This document shows positions 12,566-26,560 of a stretch of DNA of 64,000 nucleotides, piece by piece (positions within the stretch are counted from its first letter, which is position 1; each line of letters opens with the position of its first letter). Source of the stretch: Octopus sinensis (lineage: Eukaryota); contig NC_043005.1 in the NCBI RefSeq assembly GCF_006345805.1, positions 15,190,001-15,254,000 on the forward strand, in the 5' to 3' direction. Below the pieces are notes generated by a model that had not been told where the DNA came from, made no database searches, and was given only the letters and a program-made list of their open reading frames with translations. The translations under genes were made by a program, and so were the position numbers.

Positions 12566-13714
12566 AGAATAAAGTATTCTGTCCAGAAAAACAACAAACT
12601 CGTGCAAACAAATCTGAATGAGTGACAGCTAAGGAAGCAACTCAGTCTCTAAACCATTTGATCATCTTACCTCTACATATATTTTGCATTCATCGTTACT
12701 TTGGCAAGGAAAGGGAGGTTTATGCTTTGCTGAAGAGATCTAATACAAATGAAATATGTTTGCAGTTTTCTCCCTTGCTGAATTGAATAAGATATTAATT
12801 CTTGAACGGATGTCATTTCTTTTCCCCACTGCATAATTATTTCTATTTTTTTTAGTGCTCACTACATAAAATATGTTAAACACTACCTTAATTGTATATT
12901 TGAAGGTTAAGAAAGGATGAGATGTTGTGGTGTTTATGACTTCTCCCTTTCTCAGGGATGTAATTGGAGTGAAATGGCTTCACACAAGAACTGTAATGCA
13001 GACATTACTGTGTGGTTCAGAAGTTTGATTTGTGACTATGTAGTCCTGGGTCCTTGTGTGTGTGTGTGTGTGTAGATGCATACTCATACACAAGACATGC
13101 ACGTATGTGTGTGTGTGTGTGTTTTTTACGGATACATTTTAGTAAAGGATGTTAGTGGTGATCTTTGCAATATCCATTCTGTGCCGAGTTACAGAAATTT
13201 GTTTCTTACTCTCACATTCAGAAATGCAGTGAATCTGTGATCAGCTTGTTGGAGACCTGCAACCAATGGCATACATTGTTCAATAATTGCAATATAAAAT
13301 GAATATATAAGTGTGGCGTGGTTGACAAAATCACTTAAAAGATAAGATGACATAGTCAGCCATATTTAGCTGTGTGTTTTTGCTTAACCATATTTAGCTG
13401 TGTGTTATTTGTTTCATTCCTGCTCACTCACACTTGACCACTTAGTCTGTTTGTTAACTGTGTGGTGCTTGCTGACAACTCTTGATACATTCCATAAATT
13501 GCTGACACTCCTACAGTTCCCGAACTTGTTCTGATTTATTTAGTTACATCAAATTGTAAGTGTATATGCTTATGCTATTTAAAGAAGGAATAAATTATGT
13601 TAATATCATGTTGTTAGTTATAAAACAAGAATTTAAATTAAATAAATTGTGTGACAAGTAAAAGCTTGTCTAGCTAGAATAATATGGGTTTGGCCGTTTG
13701 TCAAAAAGCTTTAA

Positions 13715-14058
13715 CCCTTCGTTATTGTTTTTATTTTGAGAATCTCTGTTTCTTTCAATTACTTTAAATATAACAAAGAATTTAGTAAAATAACTTATTT
13801 ATCATTCAGCTAGTGTTAGGAACATAAATTGTGACTAAGTTTTGGTGGAAAATTTTAATTCAAAACTTATGAAAACAAGACATTAGTACTCAGAACCAGA
13901 GCCGGTTTCAGCCGGGTTGGTAACAAAAGGGTTAAGCTAGTGTTAGGAACATAAATTGTGACTAAGTTTTGGTGGGAAATTTTAATTCAAAACTTATGAA
14001 AACAAGACATTTGTACTCAGAACCAGAGACGGTTTCAGTTGGTTTGGTATCAAAAGGG
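13715..14058. mobile_element. piggyBac-type MITE with 127-bp tandem duplication of its right end
   Basis: TTAA-CCCTT..AAGGG-TTAA (13715-13931); 13809-13935 is repeated at 13936-14062. Confidence 0.85.
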
Positions 14059-14916
14059 TTAAAGGAATTTTTATGAAAGCAGTTTTCCTTATTCTGATAA
14101 GATGATGTGTTTGCAAGTCAAGCAATTAAAACAGAGACTGTTGTTAAATTTGATACTTTATCTCCTTCTCTTCCCATCTCACTTGTTTCATTTTTCCCTG
14201 AAGTTAGCCTAACTCAGTATGCCTTGCTCTTTTCACTGTTTGCTCTCATAGCTGTGCAGGTGGTTATATTGTTATTATCATTTTAGAGTTCTAGCAATAG
14301 CATCATCTTTCCAGTTTTGTTTTGATACACTCTATGAGATGCCCAGAGAGTCTTATGCAACTGTTTGTCATTCAATGGCTCGCAACTGTTTAATTGCCCT
14401 GTGAATTGGATGAATAATTTCTCTAGAGTTTCTACAGAAACATTTAAAGGCTCTTTAGCTGTGCTGTTTGTCAGCCATACTACTTTTTATCTATAAAGGG
14501 TCATAACCAGAACAAAGCAGCCCTTATTAGCCAACTCAATAGTATAAAATAATAGAGGGATCCACTACACTGGTGATTCTCAACTGGGGTCCATATGGCC
14601 CCTGAGGGTCCATATGAGATTTTTAGGGTCTACATAACAAAATAGTAAATTGGGGATCCAAATATTTAGAAATTAGTACTAGTAAGATAGAAGGCAAGGG
14701 TTTCTCTGATTGTGCTTTGAAGACAGTCAGCTCTTTTTATTTATATACTTAGAGGTATCCAAAATGTACAAATGATGAAGAATTCTGTTTAATGTTCCAA
14801 AAGTGGTCAATTAGTTCATTTTCCTCACACAGTTAAAACCCATTTGATCCTAACATGCTTAAGACTGTGTCTGGTTCTACAATATAAAATACCCAGTTTA
14901 AAATGTTCATCTTTAA

Positions 14917-15137
14917 CCCTTTAGCATTTAAACCGGCCATATACGGCCAAAAGTATTCTGCCTGTTTTATGTTCAAACTGGCCAGATCTGGTCTCTCACA
15001 CCAACCCTACAATATCGTTTTAAAAATTAACAGCTACCTCATCAAAATCTCATAGCTACAAGATAATGCATGATTAGTTCAAAACAAGGTGGATGAAGAA
15101 GCATTAATTTTGGCAGAATAATGCGAACACTAAAGGG
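14917..15137. mobile_element. piggyBac-type MITE, second family
   Basis: TTAA-CCCTTTAG..CTAAAGGG-TTAA. Confidence 0.85.
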
Positions 15138-15603
15138 TTAAGTTAAAAACCTTTCTATATAATTTTATGTCGAAGCATTTTTCTTTTAAGTCATGTTTCA
15201 AACATTTAGCTAAGCTATGAAGAAAAGAAAAAACCAAACTTCCTTGAACACAGGAAATTCCTCCAAATTCTTCATCATTTTCAAAATGAATTGAAACACA
15301 TAGGCAGTATGTTAGAAATAAAGTTGCAAAAGGATTAAAGCAGAATGTTCACTATCATGACTCACGACTTCATAAAACAGGATATTATCCTGAGTTAGTG
15401 AAGGAGATGCTATGTGGTCACTCCATCTGCTAGAAATAGTTGTTAAATCTCCTTCAAATCATATCAAACAGGAAAAGCTTAAAAAAAACAGCTCAACTAG
15501 GAGTTAAATTATATCAGGATTATTTTTGGGTTCTGAAAGGATTATTTGAGTTTCTGAAACTTGTAACAAATTGTGAATTGTGTAATACCTAAAAGAATTG
15601 TAC

Positions 15604-15995
15604 AGGCGTAGTAAGAAGCCTGCTTCCCAACCATATAGTTCCATTTTCAGTCCCGCTGCATGGGACCTTGGGCAAGTGTCTTCTACTATAGCCTTGGGCC
15701 GACCAAAGCCTCGTGAGTTGATTTGGTAGATGGAAACTGAAAGAAGCCCGTTGTATATATGTATTGTATATCTATGTGCATATGTGTGTTTTTGTTTGTC
15801 CCCCCCCATTATCACTTGACAACCGATGTTGGTGTGTTTATGTCCCCATAACTTAGCAGTTCAGCAAAAGTGACTGATAGAATGAGTATTAGGCTTACAA
15901 AGAATAAGTTCTGGGGTTGATTTCTTTGACTAAAACCTTTTAAGGTGGTGCTCCAGCATGGCTGTAGTGAAATAATTGAAACAAGTAAAAGAATA
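15604..15995 (+). mobile_element. SINE family B
   Basis: Matches 8197-8597 along its length. Confidence 0.85.
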
Positions 15996-16219
15996 AAAAA
16001 AAAAATAGGCTAGCAGAAAGTGACGAATTGTTTCTCAAGAAAAATCATGAATCCTCTGATCTTTGTGTAGAAGTCCATAGTTGCCCAATACCCACAGGCA
16101 CAGCACAAGAAGACAAAAAAACCCCATCAGTTTGAGAAAGAAAAGAACATAACCAAGTTTTTGTTATTCCCTCATTTGTCTATCTTTTGTTTTTTGTTTC
16201 TTTTTGTATCATTTTGAGA

Positions 16220-16260
<41 letters not shown>

Positions 16261-16262
<2 letters not shown>

Positions 16263-16613
16263 TTTACTCTTTTACTTGTTTCAGTCATTTGACTGCGGCC
16301 ATGCTGGAGCACCACCTTTAGTGAGCAAATCGACCCCGGGACTTATTCTTTGTAAGCCCAGTACTTATTCTATTGGTCTCTTTTGCCAAACTGCTAAGTG
16401 ACGGGGACGTAAACACACCAGTATCGGTTGTCAAACACACACACACATATATATATATACATATATACGACGGGCTTCTTTCAGTTTCCGTCTACCAAAT
16501 CCACTCACAAGGCTTTGGTCGGCCCGAGGCTATAGTAGAAGACACTTGCCGAAGATGCCACGCAGTGGGACTGAACCCGGAACCATGTGGTTGGTAAGCA
16601 AGCTACTTACCAC
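16261..16613 (-). mobile_element. SINE family B, young (CpG intact)
   Basis: Near-consensus reverse complement of 8197-8597. Confidence 0.9.
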
Positions 16614-19310
16614 ATGGTATCTTGTTTGTTCCATTCATTTTAAATACTTCAAAAAGGGAGAAGCAAAAACAAAAATAAAAAAGAAACAAATTAATAACAA
16701 CAATAATAATACTTAATTATTTCTAACATAAGCAAAAGGCCTGTCTAATGTAAGTGAATAAAAATTGTTCTGCTGTGTTGTTTCACAATTACACTAGCCC
16801 TGTCGCCTTGTGTATATTATTTTCACCATTGTTTGTCGACATGAGTATTGAATGAAACGAGTCACTGGAAAATGTCCGTGATATTTGGAAGGATATAATA
16901 TGGACATTTTAACTGAGTCAGTGGAGCATATAAACACTGGCGTATTCAAATTTAGCACTTGTTATCTCTCCTTCTCTTTACCCATCCCACATTCTCTCTC
17001 TCTCTCTCTCTCTCTTTTTCACTTTCATGTAATTTCTCTTCCATGGCTGATGAAATTGCTATCATCTAAGTAATTTCTTACAAAGCCACAAGGTTAGAAA
17101 TTTAGGGGTTTGGGGTTATCGAATTTGGCTGATACTTTAAGACTTAGGACCAATTCCAGATAGCGTTTTGTTTGATGTTTTAATGATTCTGCTAAGGCAC
17201 AAGGCCACACATTTCAACAGAAAGAGTAATTAATTAATTAATTAATTAAACTCAAGTACATGACTGTTATTTATATTATCACTCTCAATTAACTGTTGTT
17301 GCTGTGTAGTCCCAAGTCAGACCTGCAATCAAAACCATTCCGGCCATGACTTTCCTGTCTTATTGTATGTAAGAGATATCTATATATAGAGAGAAAGATG
17401 TGAGAGACATAAGGAGAAAGGTGACAAGACAGAAAAATAGAAGCAGAGACACGCTGACAGTGATAATGAGAGATAGAGAAAGGTAAAAATGAGGTGGGAC
17501 TGAGAGAGAGCTGAATTTAGTTAATGTGCCTGTTTCTTTTTAAGATGGTGGGATTCAAGCAAATTTGGTTGCTATTTCTAACAGGTCAAGCAACTGCCCT
17601 ACTGGCTTCCATGTTATGTTATCATGCCAAAAATAATTTCCTCTTCCTAATCCACCTGTTTTGTTGAACCTGTCTGATATTGCTTGCTGATCTGGCATCT
17701 ATCTTAATGGATACATGTATGTGTATGTGTGTGTGTGTGCGTATGTGTGCGTGATGTTGGGTGTTTGTGACAGATTATAAGTACATACAGTTTAGTGAAG
17801 AGCGGGAGAAAAATTGGAGGATTAATTGGGGTGGTAGGGGTAGAGGGGGGAACTTTTCCTTAATCCTCACCCCCCTTCTCCATAATTCTGCTTGGTTGAG
17901 ACAGTCAATGCCTTTGCTTATCACTGGGTTTGCTTTTTGAATAGTCAGATACACCCTTTCTCACACACACACACACACACACACACATTGATCATCTGGT
18001 TCCAGCTTCCAGACATGAACTGTGACAACTTCCAATCTTGATAAACTAAATTCAGCTCTCTCATTTTTATCTTTCTCTATCTCTCATTATCACTGTCAGC
18101 TTCTATTTTTCTGTCTTGTCACCTTTCTCCTTATGTCTCTCTCTGTCTCTCACATCTTTCTCTTTCTATATATATATATATTTCTCTTACTCTTCCAGCC
18201 ATCATTTTCTCTCTTTATCTCTATCTTCCCTATCTTGCTATCTGTCTATTTCTCCGTTTCTCTCACTCTCTCAATCTTGTCGTTTGAACCCTTAAAGGAC
18301 CTTAGCAAAATGTCCTTAAATCACAACCAGGTTCTACGTTCTTTTCTAAACCAGTGGGATGTAATTTGATGGAGATTTAGCTGCTGTTTCTAGTAGGACA
18401 AGCTACAGGGTTCCTCCTTAGCTGATAGTTGGATGGGTGAATTGTGGAAAAAAGGGCTGTGTGTGTGTGTGTGTGTGTGTGTGTAACCCTGGTAGCTAAA
18501 GATTATAATTAATTATACAGTTTTCCTAGTAAAACAGAAACATCACAGAAGCAACAAGTAAAATACTATTCAACTTATTTCCCACCATGAAAAGACACCC
18601 TGGCTCTTAACTAACTAAAAGCAGGCAGCAAAAGCTTCTTGCTGGATGGGTGAGCTGCTATAGGGGTGGTGGGTGTATGTATATTGTGGGAAAAAGAAAA
18701 TCCCTTTCTCTGAAGAGAAAATGGTAATTTGAACTCCTGAGAAATAAAAATTGTGCTTTCACACCAGTTAGCACTCTTCTTATATTCTGCTTTGATTTGG
18801 TTTTTATATTTTGGTTTTATTTTCTTTTGTAACTATTCTTGTGTTTCAGGTTTGGTTATATTTTAAAGTTTTTTTTTTTCTTCAAATATTTTGTTCTTGT
18901 TTCTCTCTCTTTCCTTCCCTTTCTCTCTCACTACCTGTTTCTCACTCACTCTCTCTCTCTTTCTTTCTCCTGTGTCCTTGCCCTGTAATTAACCAGAGTC
19001 ATTTTAATTAGATTAATCTTGTTCAATAATATGTAAATAAGTTTATAACTGGGGTGGTGCAGATAACTGAGGTTGCAGATCTTGTAGGCTAGATGAAAAC
19101 TAGTTGATGCAACTTTTCTTTTTCACTTTTTTTCTTTCTTTTTTTTTTTTTTGACCTTTGACTCCTGAGTTAAAATTCTGTCCAAAGTCAGCTCTATTTT
19201 ATCTCTGGTGGAGTTGATGAAGTACCAGTCATATACTAAGGTTAATACAATCAGTTATGCTCTCTTAGTCAACAAGAAATCAATGTATGTTTTGATGTGT
19301 CTTCTTTTGC

Positions 19311-19506
19311 CTTTTATCTTTCACTTGTTTCAGTCACTTGACTGTGGCCATGCTGGGGCACTGCCTTGACATTTTAGTTGAATGTATTGACCCCATACTT
19401 ATTTTTTTTTAAACCTGATTCTTGCTGTATTGGTCTCTTTTGCCGGACCGCTAAATTATGACATAAATGCACCAGTATCAGTTGTCAAGCAGTGGATACA
19501 CACTCA

Positions 19507-19559
<53 letters not shown>

Positions 19560-19636
19560 GAGGACTTCTTTCAGCTTCCGTCTACCAAATCAACTCACAA
19601 GGCTTTGGTTGGCTATAGTAGAAGACACTTGCCCAA

Positions 19637-19637
<1 letters not shown>
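19311..19637 (-). mobile_element. SINE family B with expanded (CA)n, 5' truncated
   Basis: ttttcacttgtttcagtca tail through agaagacacttgcccaag. Confidence 0.8.
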
Positions 19638-19695
<58 letters not shown>

Positions 19696-19716
19696 CACAC
19701 ATATATACACATATAT

Positions 19717-19758
<42 letters not shown>

Positions 19759-20229
19759 CATATATAAACACACACATATATATATATACACACATATATA
19801 TATCTTCCTGCTATCCCAGCTTGGTAGGTTCCCATGTCTTGTTTATCATCATATCATCTACATGTAAATCTTTATTTGGTAATGTTTTGAAAACACCTTG
19901 CCTCATCCCACATACCTCCAGGCAAGTAACTAAAGTGAAGTGGGGAAGTTGATGAGTATCTTTTATCCTATCTCTGTTTGTAATCTGCCTGAAGACAAGG
20001 AACTGCCACCCTGAGTGAAAAAAAAAAAAAAAAAGCACACACACACACACACACATACACAAGAGCTCTTGGAACAACGTCCTCTTCATTTTTGGCTTTT
20101 CCTTTCTTTATTATATTCCTTTCTTTATAGTCTGTCTTTTACTGAACAAAAATAAAAAAAGCTCTTTCCAACAGGTTGCTTGCTGTTGGGAAGATTGATA
20201 GATAGATGGATAGATGGAAAGATAGAAAG

Positions 20230-20482
20230 ATCATCATCATCATCATCGTTTAACGTCCGTTTTCCGCGCTAGCATGGGTTGGATGGTTCGACCGGGGTCT
20301 GGGAAGCCAGGCTCCCAGTCTGATCTGGCAGAGTTTCTACAGCTGGAATCCCTTCCTAATGCCAACCACTCCGTGAGTGTAGTGGGTGCTTTTTACGTGC
20401 CACCTGCACAGGTGCCAGGGGAGTCCGGCATCGACCACGATCGGTTGGAGCTTTTAACGTGCCACCAGCATGGAAGCCAGCC
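20230..20482 (-). mobile_element. family C retroposon 3' part with (ATG)n tail
   Basis: catcatcatcgtttaacgtccgttttcc..cccttcctaatgccaaccactccg; two internal ttttacgtgccacc units. Confidence 0.85.
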
Positions 20483-20941
20483 ATATATATATATATATAT
20501 ATATAAATACAAACTGGGATAAGAACGCAAAACATTTGGAAGACGATACAAAAAAGCACGGCCGGGAAATTTCGAAGCCTTCAATCTTCAGTCAAGAACT
20601 GGATCATCCTCACAATTTCGGCTGACAGATAAGCTGGTTGCAAAATATCTACTGTATTTTTAAATAGCTATGTCACTTTAACTTACCTGCAGCTTACTGT
20701 TTAAGTAGTACATATACACATATACTCTGTCAAAGCATTTCCTTGTGAAGCCACTTATCTTCCTCCCTCCCTCCCTCTCATTCTTTCTCTTCTTTCTTTC
20801 ACTCTCTCTTTCTCTGTTCCTCTCTATCTATCTCTCTCTCTCTCTCTCTCTGTCTATCATTTACAGACACATACATCCACCATACATATATATATATAAT
20901 TGAAATGTACAGGAAAACAAAAGATAAAGACAATTTATACC

Positions 20942-20999
<58 letters not shown>

Positions 21000-21203
21000 T
21001 TCTTCCGTTTTTTTCACACCCCTCAAATCTTTACAATTTACTTAATCTTCTCTACTTACTTTTTTTTTTATATTCTATTATCTTCTAATCTTTCTTTTCT
21101 TCTTTTCTTTCTTAAATGTTACCCTTAATACCATTATAATTATCATTACTGTTAAAGAGCAGTGGATGAACACAAGGAAACCCCCAAAATACCTTGCAGT
21201 AGT

Positions 21204-21573
21204 CTTTTATTTTTTTTATTAGTTTCAGCCATTTGATTGTGGCCATGCTGGAGCAGCGCCTTTAATTGAACTAATCAACCCCAGAACTTATTCTTTGTAA
21301 GCCTAGTACTTATTCTATTGGTCTCTTTTGCTGAACCGCTAAGTTATGGGTGTGTAAACAGACCAACATTGCCTGTCAAGTAATGGTAGGGGGACAAACA
21401 CAGACACACAAATTCATACATACATGCGTACATGACGGGCTTCTTTCAGTTTCCGTCTACCAAATCCACTCACAGGGCTTTGGTCAGCCCAAGGCCATAG
21501 TAGAAGACACTTGCCCAAGATGCCACGCAGTGGGATTGAACACGGAACCATGTAGTTGGGAAGCAAGCTTCTT
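21204..21573 (-). mobile_element. SINE family B
   Basis: Full reverse-complement match to family B. Confidence 0.85.
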
Positions 21574-22339
21574 TATTTCATTAAATTTGCCACAAGGGCA
21601 GCACACAGAGAGAAGCTTGAGGGCTAGACAGAGACATTAATGGGATGAATGATGATGATATATGGATGATAAGGATGGGAGAAGACAAAAAGCGCCAAAA
21701 ATATTTTTTTTGATTTTTCCAGTTTCAGCTAATGAGCTGTGGCCATGCTGGGGCACCATTGTTCTTTTTTTTTTTAAAAAAACACAATGAGGCAATAAAC
21801 CTCTTACACAGTTCAAAATTAAAAATAAAACACAAACACGAGGCAATAATCCTCTCACTTTTTACACTTTTAGTCTCTTTTTGAGGTAATACACCTCTTC
21901 AATTTTTCCACCCGGCCAAGCTCCTCGCTTCATCGAAGCACCTGGTCCGTTCCGAACTTAAAGGTTTCTTACCACACAGCAACTCCTATGTGTATATAAT
22001 TACAAACATTTTATTTGAATTATATCATTTTCTGTTCTGAGTTCAAATTCTGGTGTGATGAACTTTGTCTTTCATCTTTCCAGATCCTATAAAAGTAAGT
22101 ACTGGTCATATGATACTACTAGTATTAAGTTGACTACACTTCCCTCAGCTCAAATTTCTGTCTTTGTCTTCATGTTAAAAAAATCTTATTAACACTTGAC
22201 CCAACCCAACCTGGCCCCAGCTGACTGAATTTTTGTATTTCCTTAGAAGTTAAAATTGCCCCTGTCACAGAATCCCATTTCATAAAGAGACAAAGGTTGT
22301 TGTTGTTGTTGGTTTTCTTCTTCTTCTTCTTCTTCTTCT

Positions 22340-22387
<48 letters not shown>

Positions 22388-22392
22388 CTTAG

Positions 22393-22400
22393 AATATAAG
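22393..22400 (+). CDS. candidate 8-nt microexon (AATATAAG)
   Basis: ~70-nt pyrimidine tract, TAG acceptor, AAG|GTATGT donor. Confidence 0.3.
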
Positions 22401-23084
22401 GTATGTAACTTAATACCAGATGACTTTTAGTTATGTCTCTTTACATTCTCAAATCCCACTGGGTTGTGTATGTATACAAGTAGGGGCTGGAGTGGGGTCA
22501 ACTTTGCTTTTTTCACTTACCAGCAGGACCTTGGAGTAACTGGAGTCAAAAAGAGGCTGATAGAATAAGTACTAGGCTTCCAAAGAATAAGTCCTGGGGT
22601 CGATTTGCTCGACTAAAGGCGGTGCTCCAGCATGGCCGCAGTCAAATGACAGAAACAAGTAAAAGAGTATATAATTAGTTAGAATACCGAATTCTGCCAG
22701 CAACTGGTGTGAAGCCGAGGTCAACCATAGAATGTCACAGCCATATTTGATTTCTGATTCAAACTAGCCTCCTCTTACTTCCTTCTGAATCCTAACCACT
22801 AATCAAATAATTGAATTCATTTTGCCTTGAGTGAAGCTGGTTGAAAGACCCTGAATGAAGGACTATAGTGGAAAGCACCTTTTTGCCAAAGTGCCATGAA
22901 GTGGGACTGAATCCAAAACCTTATTGTTGGGAAGTGAATTTCTTAACTGCCTGCACCAGGAAACATAATGGGCAATTCTCTTCCTTATCTCCCACCACCA
23001 CCACCACCTACCAGCATAAACTAATTGTCCTGTCTTCTTTTTCACCTTACCTCTTACATGCATGAACTTAATAAAGGGAATCTG

Positions 23085-23470
23085 CTTGATGTACTGGAAA
23101 TAACAGCCCCTGTCTCACTCAAATCACATCCTATCACCTTAAAAGTCAAAAGAAGTGTATGATGGACTATGTAGTCTTAGAAGACATCGTTTAAAAAAAA
23201 AAATGATGGAGCAGTCATGGCTAAAAAGCTTTTGATCACAGGCCTATTTAATCAGAGCCAACCTGGGGTTAAACAGCAAACACACCAATGTATATATTGT
23301 GATTTAGCTCTAGGTTAGTCCTAATCATGAAGATCTGTAATTAAAAGCTTCCTAGATGAATTATCTTTATTATAACAGTATATCTAGATCTGCATTATCC
23401 AATGTATTTTTCCTTTCTTAAGGTCAGAGGATGTAGTATGATAGAAATTTGGCTGCTATTTCTAGTGTAA
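23085..23470. repeat. unclassified dispersed repeat family E, head-to-head inverted pair
   Basis: Minus copy ~23085-23285 and plus copy ~23300-23470. Family motifs gtttagcccaggtca, attccagccatgaccatc and atttggctgctatttctagc recur widely in the window. Confidence 0.65.
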
Positions 23471-24372
23471 AGTGGCTGAGTATTCCACAGACACTTTGGT
23501 CCCTAATGTAGTGTTAAGGCTTAATCACAAGGGCTTGGTTGGACCAGGACTTCATACATGGGCAGTGAACATCTTAATCATATAATTATAACAGCACTAA
23601 TCACATATGTACACTCTTGACAGGTAATGACAGAATATAAACCGTTTTTGCTGTTTTGGGGACAATTTTAAACTAAAGTTGAACTACTTTTTCTTTCCCC
23701 TAACATACATATCATCTCCCCCTCTCTCTCCTTTTCTTTCTATATATACACACACACACATATACTCACACCATTCAAACATAAAGGCTAGTTTTACACA
23801 CACACACACACACACCTGCATACATAAGTGCATCCTACATACAACATACCTTCTCAACAATTTTATTATCACATGTCAGGTGACAGGTAGATTCTTGCAA
23901 CTTTACCCTCCCTCACTCATTGCTTTCTAGAGTGCTGTACATACATGTCCTTACATTACTATACTTTAAAGCCCTTTCCTTACCCCCCACCCCCAGGCAC
24001 TGAATGATCTTGTCAAAAGTGTTGTTCTCTGGTGACAAAACAACAACCTGTTACAGAGGCTGGTGATTGTAGTGGTGGTGGCGATAGAAATGGTAGTGGT
24101 TGTGGTAGTAAGGGTATTACCACAAGAGTTAGATGTGTAGTCTAGTCCATTCACACATCATGACAATAATATAATTAAATGCACCCTTTCTCTCTTCCTT
24201 TAGAACCTTGTGTTTCTCTTTCATCACAGAGAGAGAGAGAGAGAGAGAAAATGATTATCATGTTCCACATTTTCATGATTATCATGTCCCCACAATTTTT
24301 TTTTGACGATATACATATTTTTTCTACTTTATTTTGATTCCTTCCCCCCCCCCACTTCAATAACTGGTTACT

Positions 24373-24522
24373 CTTTTTTTTTTTACTCTTTTACTTGTTT
24401 CAGTCATTTGACTGCGGCCATGCTGGAGCACCGCCTTTAATCGAGCAACTCGACCCCGGGACTTATTCTTTTGTAAGCCCAGTACTTATTCTATCGGTCT
24501 CTTTTGCCGAACCGCTAAGTAA
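24373..24522 (-). mobile_element. SINE family B 3' fragment, young
   Basis: ttttactcttttacttgtttcagtcatttgactgcggccatgctggagc..gaaccgctaagtaac. Confidence 0.85.
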
Positions 24523-24843
24523 CATTTGTTGATGTTAATTTAACCCATGTTAGCCCTGGCAGAGCAGAGCTATGATAAATTCAAACGTATTCCAGCCATG
24601 ACCATCCTGTGCTTTTTGTATATCTATAACTATGTTGTCCTATGTACATTTCCCTTTTTTTTAAGATGATAGATAAGTGTACTTTGTGAGAGAGAGAGAG
24701 AGAGAGAGAGATAGCAGTTATGTTAAGTGGGTTGAGCCATTGTGTTGAAGCTTGTTCATTGGCATCAATATGTATTTAGTTGTTGATGGTGAATGCTTCA
24801 TCACTAGCCACTGTAAGATCTCACTGCAAGGGAGCCTCTGAAC

Positions 24844-25110
24844 CAGTGGTTCTCAACTGGGGTTCATATAAGGTTTTTGGGGGTCCATGCTACAAAATAA
24901 TAAATTGGGAATCCACAGCAGTATTTTAAGGGCTCCTGAAATTTTTTTACTTCAGATGTATGTATTACAAGAAATGGTGAGGTTTCTTTCTCTGACATTA
25001 TACTTAGTTCTGCTTACACAAGTTAATGTGTGAGAAACTTAGTTCATGGGTCCCCAGTTCCACCTTTGCAGACCACCAGGGGCCCATGGACACCTGGTTG
25101 GGAACCACAG
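24844..25110. mobile_element. hAT-type MITE, diverged
   Basis: cagtggttctcaact / ggttgggaaccacag ends; TSD degenerate. A related partial copy lies at ~14570-14680. Confidence 0.65.
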
Positions 25111-26183
25111 CACTAGATGAAACAGCAGGCAAATTTTCTTGAGATTATGCCCAAATATCTTCAGTATAGAATAGCACATTAATCATCATTATCCGCATCC
25201 ACTTTTCCGTGTTTGCATGGGTCATATGGAGTTTATTGAGGTAGATTTTCTGCAATTGGGTGCACCTTCTTTCACATTCCTTCAGTCCACTCACATAGCA
25301 AAAATGAGTATCGCTGCATTTGACCATTGTCCCATCCAGCAAGGAAACCCTATGAGTCCATATTGACTCGAGAAGAAGCTTTATCATTTATTGGTGGAGT
25401 GGTGTATTGTTAGTATTCATGAGAGTGGTGCTTGTAGTATTGATTGTGTGCTGGTACTATGCCTGTAGTATTTGGTGGCCATCACTGTGCCACTAATCTG
25501 TCAATACACTTAAGACACTGTATTTGTCACACCAATACTACTGACCCTATACCACCACTCTTTCAATACTGCAGTATTAATAGAGTGGTTGTATAGTATG
25601 TCCACTGGGTCCACTGTCTAATGCCTGAAATTAGGAAAAAGAAAGAAAAATATGTATATTGTATTGCATGTATATATGCATGCGTGCGTGTGTGTGTGTG
25701 TGTGTGTGTGTGTATGAATCATATAAATATACATGTGTGTGTGTGTGTGTAGAATTTGAGATCTTAGCCATTGTGTTCATTGACACAGAAATTTTGGTAT
25801 TATTTTTGAAAGCTGAATACTGTATTACAGTTTATAATTAAATATAAACATTTCATATATAACACTTGTTACCAGATGGGTGTATATATTTTTCCATCTT
25901 ATTTTTGTAATTTGATTTCAACATTCTACTCACCACTGTTGTTTTGTTTTGTTTTGTTTTTTCTGTTATATTTATACTTTTACATATATTTATTTAGTTT
26001 GTTAGTCATTTAGCTATTTAGTTTTGTCTTTCAATACAATGATTTTGTAACACACATGTTTTTAATACTGCCTAATGCAGCTTAATCATATTAACAAAGC
26101 TATACAATCGACCAATATAATGAAATAAAGAAATACAAAATAAAATTATATGTAAATTGAAGTATAAACATAGTCCAATGTTA

Positions 26184-26560
26184 ATCATCATCATCATCAT
26201 CATCATCGTTTAGCGTCCGTTTTCCATGCTAGCATGGGTTGGACGGTTCTACTGGGGTCTGTGAAGCCAGAAGGCTTCATCAGGCCCAGTCAAATCTGGC
26301 AGTGTTTCTACGGCTGGATGCCCTTCCTAACGCCAACCACTCCGTGAGTGTAGTGGGTGCTTTTTACGTGCCACCCGCACTGGTGCCAGACAGAGCTGGC
26401 AAACGGCCACGAACGGATGGTGCTTTTTATGTGCCACCGGCACGAGGGCCAGGCGAGGCTGGCAACGGACACGAAACGGGGCGGTGCTGGCAACAGTCGC
26501 GAAACGGAAAGTTCTCTTACATGCCACCGGCACTGGTAACACATCTGCAATTTCCATTGA
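26184..26560 (-). mobile_element. family C retroposon with three divergent internal units
   Basis: (CAT)n tail; tta(c/t)(g/a)tgccacc recurs at ~26365, ~26428 and ~26518. Confidence 0.85.
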
